Shown here: positions 35,500-46,257 of the stretch, piece by piece
Position numbering within the stretch: position 1 is the first letter of the stretch
Layout of the letters: each line of letters starts with the position of its first letter
Source of the DNA: Ascoidea asiatica JCM 7603
Lineage: Eukaryota; Fungi; Ascomycota
Direction of reading: 5' to 3'
Length of the DNA stretch: 64,000 bases
Assembly: GCA_001600695.1 (NCBI GenBank)
Contig: BCKQ01000018.1
Span: 54,818 to 118,817 of the forward strand
The notes under the pieces: generated by a model
What the model was told of the DNA's origin: nothing
Databases searched by the model: none
What the model saw: only the letters and a program-made list of their open reading frames with translations
Position numbers and translations under genes: made by a program

Positions 35500-38400
35500 A
35501 TGGAAATAACTACACCAACAGTAAATCAAAATCCTCTTTTGGGTAAAAATTCAAAGCAAATTTCAAATAAACAGAAATTAATTAAAACTTTAGATCAAGC
35601 CTTAGATAAAAACTTTAATGATAAAAATTTAGATGAAAATTTAAAAGATGATTTAAATTGGAATTTAAATTCTTCTCAAAATGCAAAAAATAATATAAAT
35701 ATAAATACAATTGGAACTGTTTCAACTCCAGAATCTGATTCTATTATTGAACCTAATTCTAATTTAAATTCTAATTCTAATTCTAATTCTAATTCAAATT
35801 TAAACTCAAGTAACAAATCAAATTCACCATTAAGTTCAGATTTAAATCCTACTTCCAATTTCAATTCAAATTCAAATTCGAATTCCAGTTCTGATTCTGA
35901 TTCTAATTCTAATTCTGGCTCTAATTCTGATTCTGATTCTGAAACAATATCTGATTTTGAACCTGTTTCTAGTTCCTTACCTGTTTCTAGTTCTGTACCT
36001 CAATCTAATACTGCTTTTATTTCTGATTCTGGTTTAGTTTCAAATTCTGGTCGAATTCCAAATTCTGGTAAAAAAATTAATTCCGCTCATAATTCTCATT
36101 CATCTTCTCAAATTATAGATAAATCAGATTCAATTCAACTTACTCCAGAAGATAATTTATTAAAAAAAGTTCAAGAACCAATTAATATTATAGATACAAT
36201 TGGAACAGATGATATTATCAACGATTATTTTTCAGATGGTGATTCTTCAATGAGAAAAAATATTATGTTAAATAATAAAACTGAAAATAAAAATAAAATT
36301 AAAACTATTCATGATAAAAGAATTAAATCTGAATCTCATTTAAAATCAATAAATTCATCTATTTCTATAAATTCAAATAATACTAAACAGGGAAAACATA
36401 TAAAAAATAAATTTGAAAAAGTTGAAAAAGTTGAGAATTCTGAACGTTTTGAAAATTCTGAAAAAATTGAAAAAAATTTAAGATTTAATTTAAATCATGA
36501 ATCAAAATCTTCACCAAATATTACCTTATCAAAATATGAAATTGCAAATCCATATCTTTCAACTTTCAATAACCTTGATCCAAATTCTTCAAATTCTATA
36601 AAATCAAAAATAATTACTAAAACAAAAGATTTAACTAATTCTGCTGTTGTAGAAATGGAAAGATCATTTTCATTAAATGCAAATCAAATAAATCAAAATT
36701 TAAGTAAGCTTAATCCCGATAATTTTAATAAAGAATTAGAAAAGCCTAAATCTAGATCTTTATCAAATATGTTTCCTTATATAAATACTATTAGTCCACC
36801 ATCTATGGATAGTCCCGGTTATACTACACCAGGAAATACAGCTGGTTTATCTGCTTTTGATACTAATTTATTTGGGGATGGTGGAAAAGAATTTAATCGT
36901 GCATCTTTTTTTAATGAAACTATTAATAGTAGTGCAATGCCTAAAAATGATCAAAAATCTTTCAATGAAAAATCTTTTGTTTTTGATTCAATTACTCCCG
37001 ATACAAAATCAAAAACACAAGAAAATCTTGTGATTAACTCAAGAAATCAAAATGATAATTTAGATTCAAAAAGTATTGGAGGTTTTTCATTTGTTCAGAA
37101 TAATAGTTATAGTCATTCTCCATCATTACAAATATCTAGAAGTAAAACTTTAAATGAAGGACTTAGTGGCTCAACAAATAATTCAAAAGTTTTTAATAAT
37201 AAAGATAATGATTCATTTCATTGCCCAAAAGATAAAAAAATTCTGTTCTTTTTTAATAGAAAAAATATTTATCCTATTTTTGCTGGAGTCTTTGGTTGTT
37301 TATTTATATTAACTTTATGTATATTGATTCCACTTGTAATTTTATTTTCAAGAGGAACTGAATCATCAGTTTTTTCATATTTCAAAAGAGCATCCTCAGA
37401 AGTTAGACAAGATAGATTCAATGATTTAGCTAAACTTTTTGGTCTATCAACAACAAATATTGATTACTCAAATGAAGAATCATTGAAATTTATGAACAAT
37501 AATAGAGGATTAATGAGATTTGGTCAAATTGGATCTAATGATAAATCACTTTCTTCCCTTACAGAAATTGGTACTTTTAATACAATCCAAGGTTTACCTC
37601 AATTGTACCAGCAAGACAAGGAGATTACAGATTTAATGAATATGCCAGGGCTTAGTAATACATTTTATGGAATTGCTTACTCTCCAAGAGATGTAATGTA
37701 AGAAATACTCTATTTTCAAGAAATTTAAAACTTCAATGTTTTAATTGTTCATTGTTTACTAATTCAATTTTTTTTAAATAGTTATCCTCTATGTGGTGTG
37801 ACTTTACGAGAAGTAATGCTTGATTTGGCATTAATATCTCAGATGACCACTAGAATTAGAACATATGGAATGCAATGTAATCAACCCTCTTTAATTTTGG
37901 AAGCAATAAAAGAATTAAATTTAAATATCACTCTTTCATTGGGTATTTGGATAGGTGATGATGATAAAATCAACGAAAGTCAAATTAATTCTTTGAAATC
38001 AATAATAAAAAAATATGATTTTAAATATTTTGATGCAATATATGTTGGTAATGAAGTATTATTCAGAAATGAAAAAAATAGCTTTGAATTGATAAATTAC
38101 ATTAAAGAGGTTAAACAGTATGTTAAATCTATTGGATTGAACGTGAAAGTTGGAACAGCTGATATTTCTACAAAAATAGATTCATCTATAATAGAAGAAT
38201 CTGATATTGTTGGTGTTAATTTACATCCATTTTTTTCAGGAGAAGGAGTTACAAAAGCAACAGATTGGATTATGAGAGTTTTTAATAATCACATCGTTAG
38301 TTTAAATAATCAAGCTAAAAACAAAGCCGATCTTGTTATAGCAGAAGCTGGTTGGCCAAGTGGAGGAGGTAGTTATTTGGATTCTGTTGGAGGATATGAT

Positions 38401-38712
38401 GAATTGCAAACCTTTCTAAATGCTTTTGTATGTGAAGCTAAGAACAGTGAATATGGTTGGTTTTATTTCGAAGCTTTTGATGAACCTTGGAAAGAAATAT
38501 TCCATACAAATGAAAGTCAATGGGAAACTAAATGGGGGCTATTTACATATGATAGAAAACTTAAAGTAAAAATTCCAGTCTGTGCCGAAAATGAAGCTTC
38601 TGTTAAGACTCAGTATACAATCAATAATGTCAGAGAAATTTTCATTGATCAAGAGGATAACGAAGAATTAGATAAAGAATTAGGGGAAAAAAGTATACAA
38701 TCTTTTTTGTAG
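35500..38712 (+). CDS. Type II membrane GH17 endo-1,3-beta-glucanase (BtgC-like); exons 35500-37697 and 37782-38712 (1042 aa)
   Basis: Long disordered N-terminus, one TM (IFAGVFGCLFILTLCILIPLVILF), then spliced FYGIAYSPRDVI|YPLCG...RIRTYGMQCNQ, YVGNEVLFR, NLHPFF, IAEAGWPSGG, YFEAFDEPWK, ETKWGLF. Confidence 0.9.
37698..37781 (+). other. Spliceosomal intron (84 nt, phase 2) in the GH17 gene
   Basis: GTAAGA 5'ss, TACTAAT branch at 37757-37763, T-tract and TAG 3'ss. Removal joins the two track ORFs in frame within the conserved YSPxxxxYPxC motif. Confidence 0.9.
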
Positions 38713-38991
38713 ATTGATTCTAGAAATTGATGAATTTATCAAAATGTTTTTAAAGTAATTTTTTTAAAGTTTTTGAAATTTTGTTTTGAGTGTATTTTTC
38801 AATCTGCTTTTTGTTTATTTGAATTTAATAATAATGCCCTTTTCAAGCATGTCATTTTTTGAAATTTCTTACTTTTGCGTTTTGGTTCTAATAAATTTGT
38901 ATTTTATATTTTCTTCAAAGCATCGAAAGTGAGTAATTAAAGAAATTTATATTTACGTAACTATGTAAAAACGAAAAAAAAAAATTTTGAA

Positions 38992-41397
38992 TTATAGTCT
39001 ACTCCGAACGTCATCTTTGATTAACGACCCTTCATCATATAATTGATTGGTAATTGTTTTGAAGTATGTATCACATACATTTCTTTTCACTTTAAAAGTT
39101 GGGGTAATTAAATTATTTTCAATTGTTAAAGGATTAATAGTAACATAAATATTATGTATTTTTTCAAAATTTTGAAGTAATTTTTTACCTGTTTTAAAAG
39201 AAGTTTCTTCTATTTGTTTATTTAATGAAAATAATAAAGATTTTTTAATAAACAAATGAGAATTTATAAGTTTAAGAACTTGTTTAATATCATTTTCATT
39301 ATCTGAATTTAAAATAGATTTAAATTGATTAAAAGCTTGAAGATTTTGAGATTGAGAATGAACATTTTTAATATGAATTTCATTATTATTAACACTATTT
39401 TTTAAAGCATTAATATCAATTCCAATAACAGCAACAAGATAATTTTTAAAAGAATTACCATAAACAAAAATTTGTTGAATTATTGGACAAGTTGATAAAT
39501 AAATATTTTCAATTTTTTCAGGACCAATATATTCACCTTGACTAAGTTTAAAAAAATTTTTAACTCTATCAATAATATATAATCTATTATCAGAATTTGA
39601 ATCAATTCTAGCAATATCACCAGTTTTAAAAAAACCATCTTCATCAAAAGATTCTTTTGTTGCTTTTTCATTTAAAAAATATCTTGGAAAAATTTGAGGA
39701 CCTTTTAATAATAATTCACCTTTTGGAGAATCATTTGGATTATTAGTTGAAAAATAATTCATTTCAGGTACATCTCTTAATCTAAATTCAGCAGTTATAC
39801 TACCAAAACCACAAGAACCTGGATTTTTTTCAAAACTTTTACTTATTGAAATACCTGCCATAGATTCAGTTAAACCATAACCTTGTTTAAAACCAATACC
39901 AAGAATTGCTTTTAAAAATTTTACAGTTTCTGGAGCAATTGGAGCAGAACCTGTAATACAAAATTGTACATTATCAAAACCAAGAGTATGTCTTAATTTT
40001 TTTATAATAAATTTATCAAATAACCAATTTTTAGCTTTTTCATCATCTTTTAAAGACATTTTATATTCTTTTTGATTAATTGATTTTTGAAGTAAAAAAG
40101 ATTGTAAAAAATTTGAAGATTTTATAAATTGTTTTAAAGAACTTTCAATTTTTGTAAAAACTCTAGGAACTGCAGAAATTAAATGTGGTTTTAAAACTTT
40201 TAAATCATTAATAAAAGATTCAACAGGATTATTTGAAGATGGAAAAGCTAAAGCAACACCTTGATTAATTTCAAAAGCTGCAACTTGTCTTTCAAAAATA
40301 TGAGCTAAAGGTAAAAAACATAAAGCTCTAATTTGATCTTTAAAATAATATTGAGAATAATTAATAATATCATTTGAATTATTATTAAAATTAATTTCTG
40401 GTTTACCAATATGAGCCATAGCAAAAGTTATACCAGCCATAATAACATGTTGAGTAATTTCAACACCTTTTGGTAAACCAGTTGTACCAGAAGTAAAAGA
40501 TATAGTATATAAAGAATCTGAAGTTGAAGGATTTAAAGGTAATTTAAAATTTTTACCAATTTTTTCTAAATTATTTAAATCTAAAATTTTTAAATTTAAT
40601 TGATTTGCAAAAAAAATTAAATAATTATCATTAATTAAATCTAAATCATCAAAAGAAATTATAAATAATAAATATTTTAAATCATTTGAATAAATTTTTT
40701 TTAAATTTAAAATTTTTAAAATATTTAATTTTGATGTAAAAATTATTGGAGATTTTGTTAAATTTAAAATATATTTTGAAGTTTCATAACCTAAAGTATC
40801 ATAAAGAGCAGTATTTGGTAAATTAAAAGCTTGACAAGCTAAATCTGTTAAAATCCATTCATATCTATTTGAAGAATATATTGAAACTATGAAATCATAA
40901 TTATAAATTGGATGAGAATAAATTTTTGAATTAAATAATTTAAATTTTTTAAAATTTGAATTATTTAAAACTAAATTTAAAATTCCAGAACCTAAATAAT
41001 TTCTTCTTTTTTTAATTTCATTATATGTTAAAAATGTATAAAATTTATCAAAATTATTTTTAATTGAATTATTAAATTTTCTATAACCTAAACAATTTAA
41101 ATTTGAATATAAATTTGAAGAAATTTCAAAAGATTTAAAATAAGTATTTAAAAATGGATGAATATAATTAATTAAATCAGGTTGATTATTATTATTTAAG
41201 ATTATTAATTTTGGAGATCTATAAATTGAAGAATATCCAATTTTTTTTGAATTTGGTATTGGTAATGAAATTTCAGTTTGATCAGAAGGAAAAGGTAAAT
41301 TTGAATATAATTCTTCAAATTCATTTTTTTGATCATTATTTAATATATATCCAGTATATTTATCAAATTTTACATTCTTTTCATAATCATTATCCAT
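38992..41397 (-). CDS. FAA2: Peroxisomal acyl-CoA synthetase, Faa2-like copy A (PTS1 SRL)
   Basis: ISFTSGTTGLPKGV, FLPLAHIFER, TGSAPI, QGYGLTES, IIDRVKNFFKLSQGEY, C-terminal -SRL. Confidence 0.88.
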   Translation of the reverse strand: MDNDYEKNVKFDKYTGYILNNDQKNEFEELYSNLPFPSDQTEISLPIPNSKKIGYSSIYRSPKLIILNNNNQPDLINYIHPFLNTYFKSFEISSNLYSNLNCLGYRKFNNSIKNNFDKFYTFLTYNEIKKRRNYLGSGILNLVLNNSNFKKFKLFNSKIYSHPIYNYDFIVSIYSSNRYEWILTDLACQAFNLPNTALYDTLGYETSKYILNLTKSPIIFTSKLNILKILNLKKIYSNDLKYLLFIISFDDLDLINDNYLIFFANQLNLKILDLNNLEKIGKNFKLPLNPSTSDSLYTISFTSGTTGLPKGVEITQHVIMAGITFAMAHIGKPEINFNNNSNDIINYSQYYFKDQIRALCFLPLAHIFERQVAAFEINQGVALAFPSSNNPVESFINDLKVLKPHLISAVPRVFTKIESSLKQFIKSSNFLQSFLLQKSINQKEYKMSLKDDEKAKNWLFDKFIIKKLRHTLGFDNVQFCITGSAPIAPETVKFLKAILGIGFKQGYGLTESMAGISISKSFEKNPGSCGFGSITAEFRLRDVPEMNYFSTNNPNDSPKGELLLKGPQIFPRYFLNEKATKESFDEDGFFKTGDIARIDSNSDNRLYIIDRVKNFFKLSQGEYIGPEKIENIYLSTCPIIQQIFVYGNSFKNYLVAVIGIDINALKNSVNNNEIHIKNVHSQSQNLQAFNQFKSILNSDNENDIKQVLKLINSHLFIKKSLLFSLNKQIEETSFKTGKKLLQNFEKIHNIYVTINPLTIENNLITPTFKVKRNVCDTYFKTITNQLYDEGSLIKDDVRSRL

Positions 41398-41415
41398 TTT
41401 TAAATTTTAATTAGT

Positions 41416-41416
<1 letters not shown>

Positions 41417-41462
<46 letters not shown>
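41417..41462. repeat. (AAGT)n tetranucleotide microsatellite just upstream of the FAA2 copy A start codon
   Basis: About 11 copies visible. Confidence 0.85.
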
Positions 41463-42275
41463 TTTATCTTTTCTTATTAAAAAAAGAGGAAATAAATCAT
41501 TTATAAAAGAATTGAGATTAAAAGAAGATGATAAAATGATAAATATATATGAATGAATGAATATATCATTATCATTTTTTCTTTTCTTTTATATATATAT
41601 ATACTATACTGTATATATTGTATATATTGTATATATGAATATGACTTGACTCGATATGAAGTTATCGAATTAAAGATGAAATGGTAGCAATTGCTTTAAA
41701 ACAGATCAAATTGACTGTGATTATGATTATTTGATTATTATTTAATAATCATTTGATAATATTTGATAATATTTGATAATATTTAATAATATTTAATAAC
41801 AATTGACAATAATTTGATTGTGATTGAGTGTTATTGAGTGTTATTGATAGGATATATCCAAATATATCTAAAGAAGGTTTGCCAATGGAGTTGCAAAGCA
41901 AGTTGATTTGATATAAAGATGAAGTTTTGAGCATGTCTTTCAAAGAAGGTTTGATTTGTCTCAGAGCTCTCGCGCGCTACCAGAAGAAGAAGTTAGCAAT
42001 GAAAGCTTCTGAGAAGGTGGCGATCATCCCGCTTGTTTTCTGCTTGTTTTCTGCTCGATTTCTGTCACACGCCAATTGCTCCGGCACGTGCGTGAGTCGC
42101 CGCAGGAGTTCTCCGCTTTGCCACGTGATCTGAAATAAAATAAAATAAATAAATAAATAAGAAGATCCTAAAAACTGGTGTCAAAGAAGGTTATACAAAT
42201 TACGTGTATATAACCGATAACCGAAGTAGTATAGCTAATAAATAAATAAATAAATAAATATATATTCAATTTCAT

Positions 42276-44633
42276 TTATAATTTACTCTTTTCTTCTCTA
42301 ATTAATGATCCTTCTTCATATAACTTATCAATAATATCCTTAAAATACTCATTACAATTCTTTCTTCTAACTTTCATAGTTGGAGTTATTAAATTATTCT
42401 CAACTTTTAATGGATTTATATAAATTTGAAAATTATGAATTTTTTCAAAATTATTTAATATTTTCTTATTCATTTTTTCTTCAATTTCTTTAATATTATT
42501 ATTAAGATAAATTAAAATATCTTTCTTTAAATTATAATTATTATTAATTAATTTAATAATCTTATCATCATTATTATTACCAATTTTATTTGATAAATTT
42601 TTTAAATAATTTAATAAATTTTCATTTTTTTTATTTTTTTTATTTTTAATATTTAAAAAATTTATTTTATTTGAATTTATTAATTTTTTAAAATTTATTA
42701 TATCAATACCAAAAATTCCAATTAAATAATTCTTAAATGAATTACCATAAATAAAACTTTGTAATAATATTGAAGAACTTGAAATATAAATATTTTCAAT
42801 TTTTTCTGGGGATATATATTCTCCTTGACTTAATTTATAAAAATTCTTTAATCTATCAATTACAAATAATTTATTATCACTTTCATTATCATTATCATTA
42901 TCATTATCATTGTCACTAATATTTTCAATTTTTCCAATATCTCCAGTTTTAAACCATCCTTCATTATCAAAACTTTCTTTTGTTGCTTTTTCATTAAGAA
43001 AATATCTTTCAAAAATTTGTGGACCTCTGATTAAAATTTCTCCTTTTGAAATACCATTTTTATTTTTATTATTAGAAATATAATTCATTTCTGGAATATC
43101 CATTAATTTAATTTCTGTAGTTAATCCACCTGTACCACTACTACCAATAATATTATCAAAAGATTTTGATGTTGTCATTATTGCCATACTTTCTGTTAAT
43201 CCATAACATTGTTTAAATCCAATATTTAAATTATCTTTTAAAAATTTTATAGTTTCATCTGCTAATGGTGCAGATGCAGTTAAAAAATATTCACAATTTT
43301 CAAATCCAAAATTTTTTCTAATTTTATTAATAATTAAATTTTTTTTAAATTTTTCTTCATTTTTTTCAATAAAATTTAATTCATTTAAATAAATTTTTAT
43401 TAAATTTTCAAATTTTGTAAAAATTCTAGGTACACCTGTTAAAAAATTTGGTTTTAAAATTTTTAAATCTTCATATAATGAATTTATTGAAATTTCTAAA
43501 CTTGGAAATCCAATTATTCCTCCACTAATAATTTCAAATATTGACATTTGTCTTTCTAAAATATGTGCTAATGGTAAATATGATAATGATTTATATTGAA
43601 ATTTAATATTTGGTGTACCAATTTGTGTAAATGCAAATGTTATACCTGCCATTAATTGTTTTTGATTAATTTCAACACCTTTTGGTAAACCTGTTGTACC
43701 TGATGTAAAAGATATAGTATATAATGAATTTTTTTTTGATGGATTTAAATTTATTGGAAATTTTTTACCAATTTTTTCAATATCTTTAAAATTTAAAATT
43801 TTTAAATTTAATTCATTACTAAAAAAAATTAAATAATTATCTTTAATTAAATCTAAATCATCAAAAGAAATTATAAATAATAAAGATTTTAATTCATTTA
43901 TATAATTTTTTTTTAAATTTAAAATTTTTAAAATTTTTGATTTTGATGTAAAAATTATTGGAGATTTTGTTAAATTTAAAATATATTTTGAAGTTTCATA
44001 ACCTAAAGTATCATAAAGAGCAGTATTTGGTAAATTAAAAGCTTGACAAGCTAAATCTGTTAAAATCCATTCATATCTATTTGAAGAATATAAACAAACC
44101 ATAAATTCATAATTATAATTATTATTTGAAAAAAAATTTGGATAAATTGATTTAATTTTTTTAAAATTTGAATTATTTAAAATTAAATTTAAAATTCCAG
44201 AACCTAAATAATTTCTTCTTTTTTTAATTTCATTATATGTAAAAAATGTATAAAATTTATCAAAATTATTTTTAATTGAATTATTAAATTTTCTATAACC
44301 TAAACAATTATAATTTGGCCATAAATTTACAGAAATTTCAAATAAATTAAAATAATTATTTAAAAATGGATGAATATAATTAATTAAATCAGGTTGATTA
44401 TTATCAATTAATCTTTTTGATCTATAAATTGAAGAATATCCATCTTTTTTTGAATTTTTTATTGGTAATAAAATATCAATTTGATCAGAAGGTAATGGTA
44501 AATTTGCATATAAATTTAAAAAATAATCTTTTTGAGATTTTGTTAAAATATAACCAATTTTTTTATCAAATTTATAATCATTTTCATTATAATTTTTAAT
44601 AAAATGAAGTGAAGATGATTGATCAATTGACAT
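42276..44633 (-). CDS. FAA2: Peroxisomal acyl-CoA synthetase, Faa2-like copy B (PTS1 SKL), tandem paralog
   Basis: The same motifs with variants (TASAPL, QCYGLTES), C-terminal -SKL, and long identical tracts shared with copy A. Confidence 0.86.
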   Translation of the reverse strand: MSIDQSSSLHFIKNYNENDYKFDKKIGYILTKSQKDYFLNLYANLPLPSDQIDILLPIKNSKKDGYSSIYRSKRLIDNNQPDLINYIHPFLNNYFNLFEISVNLWPNYNCLGYRKFNNSIKNNFDKFYTFFTYNEIKKRRNYLGSGILNLILNNSNFKKIKSIYPNFFSNNNYNYEFMVCLYSSNRYEWILTDLACQAFNLPNTALYDTLGYETSKYILNLTKSPIIFTSKSKILKILNLKKNYINELKSLLFIISFDDLDLIKDNYLIFFSNELNLKILNFKDIEKIGKKFPINLNPSKKNSLYTISFTSGTTGLPKGVEINQKQLMAGITFAFTQIGTPNIKFQYKSLSYLPLAHILERQMSIFEIISGGIIGFPSLEISINSLYEDLKILKPNFLTGVPRIFTKFENLIKIYLNELNFIEKNEEKFKKNLIINKIRKNFGFENCEYFLTASAPLADETIKFLKDNLNIGFKQCYGLTESMAIMTTSKSFDNIIGSSGTGGLTTEIKLMDIPEMNYISNNKNKNGISKGEILIRGPQIFERYFLNEKATKESFDNEGWFKTGDIGKIENISDNDNDNDNDNESDNKLFVIDRLKNFYKLSQGEYISPEKIENIYISSSSILLQSFIYGNSFKNYLIGIFGIDIINFKKLINSNKINFLNIKNKKNKKNENLLNYLKNLSNKIGNNNDDKIIKLINNNYNLKKDILIYLNNNIKEIEEKMNKKILNNFEKIHNFQIYINPLKVENNLITPTMKVRRKNCNEYFKDIIDKLYEEGSLIREEKSKL

Positions 44634-45656
44634 TATTATTATTAATTAAAAATTTGAAGTAATAAATGAATTGAATTGAATTGAATTGAATTGAATTGAA
44701 TTGAATTACATTCTCTATTTTATGAATTGATTGAGTTATACTCTTTCTTATATATTGAATAATTGATTTGAAATTAAATTGAAGATAACATTTAAAGAAA
44801 AGAAATATTGTTGAATAAGAATAAGAAAAGATAAGTTTTTTTCATAACCAATTAAAAGGAAATAAAACAAAACTAAGATTCTTCATTTATCAAATAAAAT
44901 TTCAAAGTAATAAAAACAGTTAGTTGCCTGAATTCTCCACAATGAAACACAAATACCAACAAGCATCAGGTTAAATTACTCCAAAAAGCTAAAGCTATCT
45001 ATCCATTTTATTATATCTGGAATGATTCATGATTGTTTTCTCTCCATCTTTCTGCAAAACAACATATAGTTACTAAAGAAGCATTATTACTTTGCTTCAC
45101 CTTTTGTAAAATCAGATTCCTGAAGCAAAGAACTAAAAACTAGTAAAAAGGGTTTCATCGATGACCTTTGTTCGTCTGGGGAAAAAGACAGCGCATTGCC
45201 GGAAACCAGCTTTGTGGTTCTTCTCCTTCCCCAACTTGTCCCTGTCCTAACAAACTGGATTCTCTCTTGTCATAACTGACTGAACTATTTGTCCTATATC
45301 ACACCTGCCTATTCTGGTTGAAGTGCGGCTGGTGAAAGTTGTTTAAACAGGAACACTTTGTGTAAAAGGGATAGTTTCCATTTTGGGTACATTATCCGCT
45401 TCCTAGATGAACCACCACCTCTCTTACTGGGATCTATTCTAATTTTGAACTTTGATTATGTCAGCTATCAAAAAACACTGATAACCCCAAATCTTGAAAT
45501 TCCCCTGATTTAGATTTAGGAAATGTAATTCAAATCATAAATTTTTATTATCATCATCATCATCATATCAATTGAAGTTTAAAATTATGATAAATATTTT
45601 ATTAAAATTTAGAAGAATAATAAATAAATTCAATTTTATTTTTTGCTTTAATGAAT

Positions 45657-45694
<38 letters not shown>

Positions 45695-45814
45695 CGTACT
45701 TTTGTATTACATAATATTCGTAATATAACTACTTATTTTTTATTTTTCTGATTATATTCATATTAATTTTAAAAAAAAAAATCAATTAAATTAATTAAAA
45801 TTTTCATATTCTCA

Positions 45815-46218
45815 ATGGAAAAAGAACTTCAATTTGAAAAAATTTTAAAAATTAATCAAAATAATATTGAAATTAATAAAAATTCAACTTTAATTTTAAA
45901 ATCAAATCAAAAAACAAATCAAAAATTAAATAGAAATTCAATTTTAAAATCTAAACAGAAAAAATCATCTTTAATCAAAAATTCCAATTCAAATACAAAT
46001 ACAAAAACAAATAAAGTTAAAAAAACAAGAGGATTTTCAGGTTGTTGGTTATGTAGACAAAGAAAAATTAAATGTGATGGTTTAAAACCAAATTGTAAAA
46101 GATGTTTGAAATCAAATTTAATTTGTTCTGGATATGATATTAAATTAAAATGGTCTTTACCTTTAACTTCTAAAACTTATTCAATTTCAAATAAAAATTT
46201 CACTTCCAATAATATTAC

Positions 46219-46257
<39 letters not shown>

